64,000 nt of DNA from Mobula hypostoma (GCF_963921235.1 NC_086108.1:64234001-64298000); one strand, 5' to 3'; shown: positions 12,423-24,713, counted from the stretch's first letter. Notes: generated by a model from the sequence alone, not told the origin. Translations and numbers: made by a program.

Positions 12423-12849
12423 TGTCTCTTAATATCATTTAAAAATCTTTCTATTCCTTTTCTTCTGTAAATAAATTTCTTTTCTTCAGTGATGAAAAAA
12501 ATAAAGCTAATTGCTGTAATTAAGCAGATCCATAGAGCAGAATTTGTACCGTGAAGGTGACCCATTACACATTACCAAATGGAACTACCAGGCCCAAGGC
12601 TACTTCGAATTTGGCAAATCTCCACAGATATGGCCCAAGTCCAATCATGTAAAGCAGCATCATTAAATTTCATTTGACTATTTTCAAACTGAAAAGATAA
12701 GTACAAACGTTGTAATCGAATATTTGAACTAAATAAGCACCAGTCACAAAAGAAGTTATGGTGACACTTCAGTTTCACACGTCATACAGTATGTTTTCAT
12801 TCAGTCATTTGGTTTTTTATTCGTTATTGACAGAATTAGTGCACAACAG

Positions 12850-14544
12850 CTCTTGCGGGGTTTGTGGGCCATAACTTCCTACGAAGTGAAACCTAACATC
12901 ATGAATGGCTGTGATACTTCACTCCCTGATGAGCTCAACATCTTTCATACACTCTTTGAAATGGAGAATGAAACTACACCTGTGCGAATCCCTGCAGCAT
13001 CTGGTGACTCTGTGATATCTGTCTCAGAGGCTGACGGATGGGTGAACCTTCACAAGGCATCACGCCCTAATGGTGTACCTGGTAGAGTATCGTAAACCTA
13101 TGCCAACCATAGTGGGAGTGTTCGAAAACATCTTCAGTCTCTCAGTACTGCAGCCAGAGATTCCCTCCCGCTTCAAAAGGGCAACAATCATACCAATACC
13201 CAAGAAGAACAGGGTGAGCTTTCTCAATGACCATCGCCCAGTTGCACTCACATCTACTGTGATGAAGGGCTTTGAGAGGCTGGTCGTGGCCAAATCAACT
13301 CCTGCATAAGGCAGGACCTGGACCAGCTGCAATTTGCCTATCACCACAATAAGTCTACAGCAGATGCAATCCCACTAGCTCTCCACTTGGCCTTGGATCA
13401 CCTGAACAATAGAAATACTTACATCAGGCTCCTGTTTATTGATTACAGCTCAGCATTCATCACAATTATACTCTCAGTTCTTATCAACAAATTCCAAAAT
13501 CTGGGCCTCTGTACCTCCCTCTGCAACTGGATCCTTGACTTCCTCACCAGGAGACAACAGGCAGTGCAGATTGAAATAACACCTCCATAGCGACAATCAA
13601 CACTGGCTCACCCTAATGATGCGTACTTAGTCCACTGCTCTACTCTCCCTACACACATGACTGTGTGACTAAGCACAGCACAAACGGCATCTCTGAATCA
13701 GTAATTGTTAGCAGAATTTCAGATGGTGCCGGGAGGTGTACAGGAGTGAGCTCGATCGGGCAGTTGAGTGGTATCACAACAACAACCTTGCACTTGATGT
13801 CAGTAAGACCAAGGAATTAATTGTGGATGTCAGGAAGGGAAAGTTGAGGATACACACAATAGTCCTTAACGAGCAATCAAAAGTAGCATGGTGAGCAGTT
13901 TCAAGTTCCTGGGTATCAATATCTCAGATGATCTATCCCAGGCACAACACATTGATGCAATTACAAACGAGGCATAATAGTGTCTTTATTTCATTAGGAG
14001 TTTGAGGAGACTTGGAATGTCACCAAAGACACTCGTAAATTTCTACAGAAACACTGTGGAGAGCATTCTAACTGATTGCATCACCATCTGGTAAAGAGAG
14101 ACCATGGTACTGGATCAGAAAAAGCTGCAGAAAGTTGTAAACACAGCCTGCTCCATCATGGGCACTAGCTTCCCCAGCATGAACAGCACCTTCGAATGGT
14201 GATGCTTCAAGAAGGCGGTATCCATCATTAAGAACCCTCATTACTCAGGACATGCCCTCTTCTCATCAAGGAGGTGGTACTAGAGCCTGAAGATACGCAC
14301 TCAATGTTTCAGGAACACTTTCTTATCCTCTGCCATCAGATTTCTGAATGGACAATGAACCTATGAACAGTACCTCATGATTTTTTTTTTGTTCCCCTTT
14401 AACACTACTTACTTTATTTAAATATATTTATAACTTATTGTAATTCATAGTTTTTTAAAATTATTATGCATTGCAATGTACTGCTTCTGCTAAGCAACAA
14501 ATTTCATGAAGTGCTAGCATTGTTAAAGCTGATTCTGATTCTGA
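12850..14544 (+). mobile_element. Rex1/Babar-clade LINE, decayed RT and 3' end
   Basis: LPDELNIF, FKRATIIPIPKK...[44 protein letters not shown]; (CTGATT)n tail at 14529-14544. Confidence 0.88.
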
Positions 14545-14609
14545 AACAGCGGCCAAATAACTGAGCCTGCACTTTGTTGGGATCAGGAGGGATACTAGAG
14601 CACACCGAT

Positions 14610-14875
14610 GGCACAGTACCACAGTGGTTAGCACAACACTTTACAGTACCAGCAACCTGAGTTCAATTCCTGCCTCTGCCTGTCAGGAGTTCGTACATTC
14701 TGCTCCATGCCCCCACGGATTTCCTCCGGGTGCTCCAGTTTCGTCCCACAGTCCAAAGGCATACTGGTTGGTAGGGTAGTTGGTCATTGTAAATTGTCCC
14801 ATGATTAGGACGAAGGCTAAATTGGGGGTTGCTGGATGGCAGGGATTGAAGGGCCAGAAGGTATCTCGCTCTATC
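14610..14875 (+). mobile_element. tRNA-derived V-SINE-like element
   Basis: A-box-like CAGTGGTTAGC, B-box GAGTTCAATTCC (14659-14670), V-domain-like GGATTTCCTCCGGGTGCTCCAGTTTCGTCCCACAGTCCAAAG. Confidence 0.8.
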
Positions 14876-14882
14876 AGACAAA

Positions 14883-14990
14883 GCCATTGTGGTCATGGAG
14901 AAGATGTAAATTCTAAACGGGTACAACTGGAGGTCACCTATAATCATGGGGTGTGAGGCAGCAGCTCTACTAGCTGCATCATTGTGCCAG
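14883..14990 (-). mobile_element. Degenerate SINE head fragment
   Basis: Reverse complement GGCACAATGATGCAGCTAGTAGAGCTGCTGCCTCACA; similar fragment near 19905-19950. Confidence 0.55.
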
Positions 14991-15084
14991 CCCACATTTT
15001 GTGAAACTTCTCTGCTTATTTTTAGCAGAAATTTTGCTGTCCTTAGCACATTATTGTTAATGTTGTTCCAAAACTGTTCATGTC

Positions 15085-16323
15085 AGAATTCTTTGAGGAA
15101 ATAACAGGCAGGATAGACAAAGAAGAGTCTGTGGACGTTGTTTACTTGGATTTTCAAAAGGTCTTTGACAAGGTGCTGCATATGAGGGTGCTTAACAAGG
15201 TAAGGGCCCATGGTATTAAAGGAGAGGTACTAGCATGGTTAGATTAGTTGATAGGCAGGAGGCAAACAGTCAGAATAAAGGCAGTCTTTGCTGGTTGGCT
15301 GCTGGCGACAAGTGGTGTTTCATATGGGTTTGTATTAGGATCGTTTCTTTTCATATTATATGTCAACGATATGGATGACAGAATAATTGATGCCTTTGTG
15401 GCCAAGTTTGCAAATGATACAAAGATAGGTTGAGGGGCAGGTAGTGTTGAGGAAGCAGGGAATCTGCAGAAGGACTTGGATAGACTGGGAGGTTAGGCAA
15501 AGAAGACCAAAGGAATATAGTGTTGGGATGTGTATGGCCATGCACATTAATAGAAAGAATGGAAGTATAGACTATTTTTTAAATGGGGAGGTGCAAAGGG
15601 ATTGGTAGTTCTTGTGCAGGATTCCCTAAAGGTTAACATGCAGATTGAGTCAGTGGTAAGGAAGGCAAATACAATGTTAGTATTCATTTGGAGAGGACTG
15701 GAGTATAAGAACAAGGATATGATGATAAGGCTTTACAAGGTATGTATTGGTCAGACCACATGGAGTGTTGTGAGCAGTTGCAGGCCCCTTATCTACGAAA
15801 AGATTTGCTGGAATTGAAGAAGGACCAGAGGTGGTTTGTATGAATGATTCCAGGAATGAAAGGGTTAACATATTAGGAGAGTTTGGTGGCTCTGGACATG
15901 TATTCACTGGCATTTAGAAGAATGGAGAGGGGAGGGGGGATCTCATTGAAACCTATCAAAAATTGAAAGACCTAGATAGAGTGGATATGGAAAGATATTT
16001 CATATAGTAGGTAAGTCCAGGACTAGAGGATGTAGCCTCAGACTAGAGGGATGTCCATTTAGAAGAGAGATGAGAAGGAATTTCTTCATCCAGAGGATGA
16101 TGAATCTGTGAAATTCATTGCCAAAAACGGCTGTGGAGTCCAAGTTATTAAGTATACTTAAAGCACAAGTTGATAGGTTCTTGGATAGTCAAGGTGTCAA
16201 AGGTTACGGGGAGAAAGGCAGGAGAATGGGATTGAGAAGGAAAATAAATCAGCCATGATAGAATGGAAGAGCAATCTTGATGGGCTGAGTGGCCTAATTC
16301 TTCTCCAATGTCTTATGGTCTTA
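15085..16323 (+). mobile_element. CR1 LINE, decayed RT and 3' UTR
   Basis: VDVVYLDFQKVFDKV, AFVAKFANDTKIG, ESVVRKANTML; ends GTCTTATGGTCTTA. Confidence 0.9.
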
Positions 16324-16469
16324 CTTCTTTCAAATAACAAACACCAAAAAATGAATACAGTGATATATTTGTGTGAAAATGTCAATGCTTTCTATTCACA
16401 AAGCAAGGTTTTATAAACCCATTTGTTAGTGAAACCCTTTTTTTACCAGGCATCTCTAGAAACACAACT

Positions 16470-17192
16470 AGTTAGCCCTTCACTAACAAGCCAATGGACT
16501 CAGTGGTGAGACACCCACCTTTCTTGAACTCCATATACCTAGGGTCAATATGACTTGCGTCCCACCAGACCAGGAGAACCGGGATGTTTTGACCACCTGC
16601 ACCCCAATCTGAACGAATATAATGTAAATGCTGCCCACTTGCAATTACCCATCAGCAAGAAATAACAGATTGGACACTGCATATGCTAAGGAAGATGCAT
16701 TTATGAATATCAACTTAATCAAACAGTTATTAAAGAAGAAATAAATAAAAAGTAAAGTGCCCATTATATTTAAAACAGTCAAATGTGCATAAAGTTGTAG
16801 CACAAATATTCCAAAAGCTGGAGGTGTCCTTGTATTCATGGCACCAGCTCCTATTCACTAATCACTGATAGAACGTTCCATCTTGGACTCCATTGAATCA
16901 CTCATTCCGATTGGATTGAATCCTACCACCAGTTCTGTTGACCTTCTCTCTCCATCACCCCCCAAAAAAGGACCTCGATCCCTTTGGTGTCCATCACAAA
17001 ACCTCTCTGCCCAGCTTTCTCTAGAACCTTCTCCTAATTCCACCAACGTGATTGGCTGACCCGACATTCCTAAATTGAGAATCACAAACCCTCATCTTTA
17101 ACGGTAACCCAAACAAACACACTGTTTCTATAGAAACTACTAAATGAAATACCTGACAACATTAGCAATAAAAGCTTAACCAAGGCATTACA
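16470..17192 (-). repeat. LTR of a second, older Gypsy element (left edge uncertain)
   Basis: Right end ...AAGCTTAACCAAGGCATTACA (TGTAA on minus) next to a PPT-like GGGGGCTGAG; its last ~75 bp recur at 19595-19672. Confidence 0.6.
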
Positions 17193-17744
17193 CTCAGCCC
17201 CCATCAGGGTGTGCGTGGATCCCAGATACGTGGGCACTAAGTATCACTATGTGTCCAGGCTCTACCTATCTCCCTGGCTGCAAAAGATGGATCTGGCCCC
17301 TTTCTTGTGCAACACCCCCATCAGCTAGTCGTTGCCGCCATACCTGTCCTTCGTAGAAAAGTTCTTCCAGGTCAATGCCTTTGATCACAAGGCCATCAGG
17401 CAGTGGTTCGAACACAATGTCCTGCAGGTGAAGGATGAGATGGACTCAGTGGGGTGGTTCCCTGAGCAGACCGTCCAGTACGTCTGGCAAATTGCCTCAT
17501 TGCCAGAACTCACCAACAGGCACCAAGACCTCGCCTGGCTGGTGGTGAGAGGTGCGCTCCTTGTCAGATCCTTCCTGTATGCCCGGAACATCGTCTGCAC
17601 ACCCCACCGCCCACAGGAGGACTGCAGTGAGACGGAGACAATGACTCACCTCCTTGCACACTGTGGGTTCACGAAGAAGGTGTTGAGGAGGATGGAAGGG
17701 ACGGTGTCGAGATTCATGCCCAGAAGCAGCGTAACCGAGGACTC

Positions 17745-17990
17745 ATCTGTAGGAAGAGGTGCAGTTGACGTTTCAGGCCGAGACCCTTCGTCAGGACTAA
17801 CTGAAGGAAGAGTGAGTAAGGGAGTAAGGGAGTAATCCCTTACTCACTCTTCCTTCAGTTAGTCCTGACGAAGGGTCTCGGCCTGAAACGTCAACTGCAC
17901 CTCTTCCTACAGATGCTGCCTGGCCTGTTGCGTTCACCAGCAACTTTGATGTGTGTTGCTTGAATTTCCAGCATCTGCAGAATTCTTGTT
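17745..17990 (+). mobile_element. Short Penelope-derived fold-back element with hammerhead motifs on both strands
   Basis: 14-bp target duplication GTAACCGAGGACTC (17731-17744, 17991-18004); perfect 80-bp inverted repeat 17744-17823 and 17836-17915. Confidence 0.92.
17861..17896 (+). ncRNA. Minimal type I hammerhead ribozyme motif (mirror copy on minus at 17763-17798)
   Basis: AGTC-CTGACGA-AGGGTCTCGGCCT-GAAAC-GTC-AACT: CUGANGA and GAAA core with GUC triplet. Confidence 0.85.
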
Positions 17991-18647
17991 GTAACCGAGG
18001 ACTCCCTGATTTACAAGCTGTTCCCGGGGACGCACACAAAGACCAACATCTGGTGCTGCTGGCAGATCATCAGCTCTGTGAAGGACACTCTTTGGTCGGC
18101 CCGAAACTTGGTGATCTACCAGCACATGGAGATGTCCATGGCTGAATGCTGCCAGCTGGCACATTCTCACCTCCAGGAATACGTGCCGAGGGATGCACTC
18201 AAACTTGGTGCAGCCACCACAAGAGCCCGGTGGGGAAGGACCACAGTTTATGGTTTGTCATCCGCGGGAGTGGGAGGGGTTGGGTGGAGAGGATATACCC
18301 CTCATCAGCGGTGTGGATAGATGAATCAACATGGTGCCACAGGAGTGGCTGGAAATGTAGGAAGATATAGACCGTAAAGGAACTTCGGTAAAGAAATGAG
18401 AGTCAACGCCTGGCTTTTTATTGTAAATAAGTTTTATTCTTGACTAAAGTTTGAGAGTCAATGAATGATTAATTGTAAACATCTTTATTTTGAATAAGGA
18501 CTGAGAGTCAACGCATGATTTATTGTAAATAACTTTATTTATTGAATAAGGACTCAGTCTATGAATGATTTTTTTGAAAATGACTTTATTTTGTAATATT
18601 TCTGAATAAAGTGTATTTTTGGGGGAAAAAAATTACACTCGGCCCCC

Positions 18648-19672
18648 CACCAAAAATAGTCATATCCTCATGACTTTGAAATTATTAATAACACAGTTTT
18701 TAAATGGTAGTGATATATCTCACTAGGGGGATAGACACAACACTCTGCGCATCATAGGCCAGCTTATCTGGGGGTTTCCTGACTCTTTGAGACCTCCTTA
18801 TCCCTTCTTCAGCCTTAAGCACTCCTTGGGATCTTTCCTATCTACTTAGAGTTGCCTCTCCCTGCCCATTACTTGTGCCTTCTGGCAACTCTAGTCCCTC
18901 TGTCACTTGACTGTGCTCAGCTACATCCCCAATTACACTGGAGCCTAGCTTCCCTTCAGTGTCTAGCATCGAGTATGCCTGCCCACTGCTAGTCCCCAAA
19001 CCACCACCCCCCCCCACCAGGAAACCAGGCACCTGTGGCATCTGACTCTCCACTACGCAAGGCATAGCCACCTAGTAGTCAGCCAACTAATGCTTCCTTG
19101 GTAGCCCCAAATTCCTTATTAAGACTCTCTCTCTAGGCATCAGTTGGGAGAACCTAATCTTTTGATCATATCTCCTCGTTTCCTTGATTCTGCTTGGTAG
19201 TAGGATCCTCTGCTAGTTCACAAGTCTTTTGCAGTTCCTTCCTCATATCAGACACATACTTAAGATAGGTCTTCCATGGCAAGTCTTCCCCACCAGGCCC
19301 AAAACAGAGGTTCACAGGGAATCTTGCTTCATGCCCGAACATCAAATGGTATGGCGAATGTCCAGTACGGTAGCTTAATTCTGTGTACAGTTGTAGCAGT
19401 CGACTAAATGACCAATATGTTGACTCCATTTGTTCTTCTTGCTGATATCCAGGGTCCCGAGCATGTCTAGCAATGTCTGGTTGAACCTCTCAGGCTGGGG
19501 ATCACCCTGAGGGTGATAAGGTGGTCCTTGACTACTAGACTCCAAGCATGCCCAGTAACTCACATATGAGCCTACTCTTAAACACCACCAGCAGAACACA
19601 CTACTTCTACAGAAAACTATTAAATGAAATATCCTACAGCATTAGCAGTAAGAGCTTAATCAGGCTGTTACA
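18648..19672 (-). mobile_element. Internal remnant of the older Gypsy (integrase) plus a truncated LTR start
   Basis: Minus frames PYHPQGDPQPERFNQTLLDMLGTL...WSQHIGHLVDCYNCT, TGHSPYHLMFGHEARFPV, RRSQRVRKPPDKLAY; LTR piece at 19595-19672. Confidence 0.8.
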
Positions 19673-20059
19673 CTAGGGATGGTACTCTTTATGCAACCAA
19701 CATTCAAACTGCATCTTTATCCTCAGAGAAAACTCTGTCTTCCTGCAGTCTTAGAAGAAAACTCATATACGAATCTAAACTGTTTTGCTTGTGGATGTTG
19801 AAGGCACGATCATCCTCAGCTTCCCATCTTCAGAGTCATTATAGGCTGCAGTCCCTGATCACTCGAAAATGTCACTGGGTTGCTCTTCACTGCTACATTT
19901 GGAAGGCTTGGAGGTGTGAGGCAGCTGCTCTCCTAGCAACTGCATCGTGCATTCCAACTACTGGGGACTTAATCAACTTTTCCCACAACCTACATATGCA
20001 GACAGAGAAGGCACTGATAATTGGCTGCACCAGAAGTCTCTCCAAATGGAGGAATGCAT

Positions 20060-21480
20060 AAATTATACTCATGTCCTTGCAGATACAGCAGACCACAGGC
20101 TGGCCTGGAAGATGAGTTCTTATGGGATTCAAAATTGGCTTGACAGAAGGAATCAGACCATAAGACCGTAAGACCATAAGACAAAGGAGCAGAAGTCGGC
20201 CATTCGGCCCATCGAGTCTGCTCCACCATTTTATCATGAACTGATCCATTCTCCCATTTAGTCCCACTCCCCGCCTTCTCACAATAACCTTTGATGCCCT
20301 GGCTACTCAGATACCTATCAATCTCTGCCTTAAATACACCCAATGACTTGGCCTCCACTGCCGCCCGTGGCAACAAATTCCATAGATTCACCACCCTCTG
20401 GCTAAAAAAAATTTCTTCACATCTCTGTTCCGAATGGGTGCCCTTCAATCCTTAAGTCATGCTCTCTCGTGCTAGACTCCCCCATCATGGGAAACAACTT
20501 TGCCACATCCACTCTGTCCATGCCTTTTAACATTCAAAACGCTTCTATGAGGGCCCCCCTCATTCTTCTAAACTCTATGGAATACAGTCCAAGAGCGGAA
20601 AAACGTTCCTCATATGTTAACCCTCTCATTCCCAGAATCATTCTAGTGAATCTTCTCTGTACCCTCTCCAACATCAGCACATCCTTTCTTAAATAAGGAG
20701 ACCATGAATCAGGTTGGTAGCAATGGGCTGCTTTTCAAATTAAAGGCCTGTGGACAGCGGTGTGTCTGCTATATGAAACATATATTAACAATTTGGATGA
20801 GGATATCATTGCCATTATTAGTAAGTTTGCAGATGACACGAAAATTGGTGATGTGGTGAAGTTGTCTACGTTTATAACAGGATCTAGATCGACTGGGAAA
20901 GTGGGAACAGGTTTGGCAGATAAAATTTAGCTCAATCAAATGCAAAGTGATCTGTGACAAGGCCCTGGGGAGTATTGGAAAACAGAGGAATCTGGGGTAC
21001 AAGTACATGCTTCCCTGAAAGTGATGACACAGACAGACAAAGAGGTGAAGGCGGCCAATGGGATGCTTGCCTTCATTGGATAGGGCATTGAGTACAAGAG
21101 TTGGGACATCTTATTGCAGCTGTATAAAACATTAGTGAGACTACACTTGAAATATTGTATATCGTTCCTCTTGACTTACTATAGAAAAGACGTGATTACT
21201 CTCGAATGTATGCAGAAAATAACTCACAATGATGGTGCTGGGGTTGGAGGGCTTGAATTATAAACAGAAACGTTGTAGCCTTGAACTGTTTCCTTTTGAG
21301 TGAAGGAAGCTGAGCGACAACCTTATAGAGGTTTGTAAAATCATGGAAGTGGATGGTCATTGTCTTTTATCAAGGGAAGGGGAGTCTAATGGCTCTGCTC
21401 CATGGATTTAAGATGAGAGGAGAAAGGTTTAAAGGGGATTTGAGGGACAACTTTTTCATACACAAGATGATGACCCAGTG
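20060..21480 (+). mobile_element. Old CR1 RT fragment, split by 20157-20705
   Basis: SKFADDTKIG, GMLAFIG, LQLYKTLVRLHLKYC, FKMRGERFKGDLRDNFF recognisable across broken frames. Confidence 0.75.
20157..20705 (-). mobile_element. Relatively young CR1 3' fragment nested in an older CR1
   Basis: FFSQRVVNLWNLLPRAAVEAKSLGVFKAEIDRYL; (ACCATAAG)n tail; GAATCAG duplicated at 20150-20156 and 20706-20712. Confidence 0.88.
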
Positions 21481-23991
21481 GTACCATACTGTGATGTGGG
21501 AGTTCTCAGAGGTGCATATTATTGGGTAGATTTATCAGGATCAACAACAGAGAAATACTGGGCTGGTAGTACTGGGAAAGTGGAAGTGGGATGAAACAAC
21601 TGAGTTTGTGTAGCACACTACAAAAGCTTAGAAATGGAGATCTAAGGCATACACCAAATCTATCAATACAAAGATAGCAAATCCCATGGTTGGTGAACAA
21701 GTCTATTGAAGATTTGAATCAAGTGCCCAATGGAAATATCAACTTAAGCAAGGGTTGAAGGTAGTGAAGACAATTAAAAGCTCCTCTCTCTCCTCTAGAG
21801 AAGCTGTGTTTTTCATCGTCACTTTCTGACATTTAAGGATATAGTGGACTTATCCTTAAAACACACTGCAATATACTCAGTGACAAGCTTTTCTCCCTCC
21901 TGCAGGAGAATGAGTTACGTCATTGCTGCCAGAAGCAACAAAGGACTAAGATGGAACAAACACAATTCTTTCAGTTCTGCAGCCTTGAGGGGAGCCATTA
22001 GAGCTACCATTACAGAATCTTAGACTGGAGGCTGTCACTGAAAATAATCATACCCTATAATACCCTACTGGCTAAATCACATTCTTTCACTCCCCACAGC
22101 AACCCGCCGCCCAACCACCCGTCTCATGTCTGCCACCCCATGATCTTCCAAGATTAATGGAGATTCATTGCTGATATCTCCAGCTCGCAGCTCTATGAGG
22201 CCTGATGTGGGAAGGTTGAAATCCCCTGAGTAGGCATGGTGATCCAGCCATGCTTTTGCAGTTGCAACAAATCTTGGAAGATCTCCATTAGTACCTCAGA
22301 GGTTCACCTCCACTCAGGACCTTGCTCTTTAGGATCACTTTGCCTGAAGGTTCTGCTTGGATAAGCCTTCCTACTTGGAACCTGCTCTCCTCCTCCCATT
22401 AGTTGGTTACGTCTTCAGGTAGTGTCTTTCCCCTTGCCATGCCACCTCCAAAGTACCAATTCCCTCAAAAGTCCCTTTCACTTTAACAACCACGCTGACA
22501 TTACAATTGCCTTACCTGCTCTAAAATTCTCAGTCACCATAATTCTTTCTAAACAGCTCCACTTGCTTTCACTTTCTGAAGAATTTTCATGCCATCAAGG
22601 GTTCCTTTAAGCAGTGGGGTTCCTTTACATGGCGGGGGTGGGGGATAGTTGGCTACAGACTGAGTTATGACCTCATGCTTCTCCCACTTCTGCAAAATCT
22701 TGCAAACTTGCATGATATTAGACTGAACTTAACATGTAAGAAGAGTTCAATAATTAAAATCCCTCTTCTAACAATTAAAATGCTGCACATCACTCTAAAC
22801 ACCAAATGATCGGTAAAACTGTAAATGTATTGGTGCTACAATTGCAACAGGTTTAGATTGATAACAAGGGTCTTTGCTTGGAGCAATTGTTGATTTTGAT
22901 TTTCACCACTAAGAAATCATAAAACCCAAAGCACTAGCAGCATATTTTTCTAAAAAGTGCTTTCAGGTCTTTGGAAATGCAATCCAAATACTAATCCCAC
23001 AGCTTGCTTCCTCTCCATAGTCCTGTAATATCCGCTATTTCAACTTTTTATCTATAATGTTTCAGCATCAGCCTGTCTTTGCAGATTTAGTCCTCTCATT
23101 CCACTGGGATCAGAGATTCCTCCAAACCTTTCCCCTGGATGATACAATCACTCTTCACCATTAAACCAAAAATGGGAAGAAAATGAAAGGAATGTCAAAA
23201 ATGGACCTAATTCATTTAAAAGAACCCCTGCTGATGATATGCTCCATTTGAAAGCCCTGCAATTTAATGGCTTTAAAAATCAGATGAGCACAAACATTGG
23301 CTTGAGTACAGTGTATTCAGTACTGTTTTTATGGTGCAAATCCCTTTTAGACACGTTCAATGGCAGATCTGCTTGAGCGCTATGAGTTCAATTAAATAAA
23401 TCTGTTAACCAGGACTAGTGGGGCTACAATGATTTATGGCAATGATTCAGTGAGTTTCCTACAGAATAGTATTTACAGATCACTGTATTGGTAGAGGTGG
23501 CATCTTTAGCATTAGGTACTTAACAATTGGCCTAATTACTTTCTCAGTGGGATATATTAAGTTGCTGCAGTGTTCTCTCAGAGAATTCTCTCAATTTCCT
23601 GGACTACATTTATCCTACAAGCAGTACCATAAAAAAAACCACTAACTGGTTATTCATTCGCTGACCTGCAAACCTTTTCTGTTGAAAGTAGATCCCCAAA
23701 TGTGCTTTCACTTTATGGAGCTGACCATTTTGCTTTATAGACTGAATCATAATTAAACCCAAGTAGTTTGTATGGAAAGTTCTTACCACTAACTTCCTAT
23801 TGCCGTATTATCTAGTAAGGGATTGATGACAATAATGCTATTATATGTTATCTTTAGCACATAAACATAGGATACACCACAATTCCAATTGATTTTTTAA
23901 GACACACAATGAAGTGGCTCACCCTTTGGGCTTCATATGCTGAGACAATTTTTTTTGCAGCATTAGTACAGTACAATACACAAGATTATTA

Positions 23992-24030
23992 CAGTACTGT
24001 GCAAAAGACCTAGGCATCCTAGCTATATAT
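23992..24030 (+). mobile_element. Tc1/mariner-like terminal inverted repeat fragment
   Basis: TA followed by CAGTACTGTGCAAAAGACCTAGGCA; partner end not found. Confidence 0.5.
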
Positions 24031-24034
24031 AAGC

Positions 24035-24400
24035 TTGGAGTGGTTGCTGAGTTCCAAAGCTTTTGGAGAGGCCATTGAAGTTCTGAGATTTATGGATCGG
24101 CCTATAGTTCATATTGGCCTCTTTCAGTTTTCTGTTCTGTTTTTTTCATGTTCTCATCCATTCTTTTTGCTGCCAATAAGCAGGAGGGGTTTGGGTGAGC
24201 TGTTAATTTTTGTGTGAGGGAGGGATTGGGGTAGTTTGAAGTTTGCAAATTTTTTCTTATTTTTCTCTTCACGCAGGGAGGAAATTGATGTCTTTCTTTC
24301 AACTACTTCTTTGGCTTTCTGTACTTTGTGGCTGTCTGGAGAAGACAATCTCAGAGGTGTATTCTGCATACATACTTTGATAATAAAAAGAACCTTTGAA
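24035..24400 (+). mobile_element. Non-coding repeat with a Rex1-like 3' tail
   Basis: Ends AATCTCAGAGGTGTATTCTGCATACATACTTTGATAATAAA...CTTTGAA, similar to the ends near 35945 and 44320 and the minus Rex1 tail near 26800. Confidence 0.55.
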
Positions 24401-24557
24401 CAAACACCAATTTAATAGCGTGGACCAAAGCTCGTCATGTGAAGCTTAGCTTTTTAGATGGCATGTTGGTGGTAGGTGCATAAAGTATGCTGTCAAGGGT
24501 TATGGAAGTGGCAGATACATTAAAAGCATTTAGTAATATCTTACATGGGCACATTAT

Positions 24558-24583
24558 ATTATTATTATTATTATTATTATTAT
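24558..24583. repeat. (ATT)n microsatellite
   Basis: About 8 ATT units. Confidence 0.9.
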
Positions 24584-24713
24584 GTGTCAATCGGCAACAA
24601 GAAAGAATGAGTGAGAACGCAAAAAAAAGGAATTGAAAACTGATAGAGGCCAATATTATTAACAATCCCATCCATCCATCCAGGTACCTCTTTGACTTTC
24701 TACCATCAAGCAG

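Larger units (their letters stand above)
17203..18631 (+). mobile_element. Tx1/L1-clade LINE, 5'-truncated (ORF2 C-terminal zinc-binding region plus 3' UTR)
   Basis: NRHQDLAWLVVRGALLVRSFLYAR...DCSETETMTHLLAHC; KDTLWSARN; AATAAA at 18605 and short poly(A); 16-bp target duplication ATTACACTC(A/G)GCCCCC at 17187-17202 and 18632-18647. Confidence 0.85.

Noticed and set aside
14610..14690. tRNA gene
   Set aside because: A and B boxes lead into a SINE body; no intact cloverleaf
16423..16489. 11-bp inverted repeat TTGTTAGTGAA / TTCACTAACAA
   Set aside because: Short, no target duplication; compatible with chance or local repair at the decayed LTR edge
17744..17915. Long hairpin as a miRNA gene or MITE
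   Set aside because: The arms derive from a Penelope-like terminus, one arm extends into an unpaired tail, and the 14-bp duplication fits retrotransposition; small-RNA production remains untested
18399..18592. CRISPR-like spaced repeats
   Set aside because: Imperfect contiguous tandem units in a LINE 3' UTR, with no unique spacers or cas genes, in eukaryotic context
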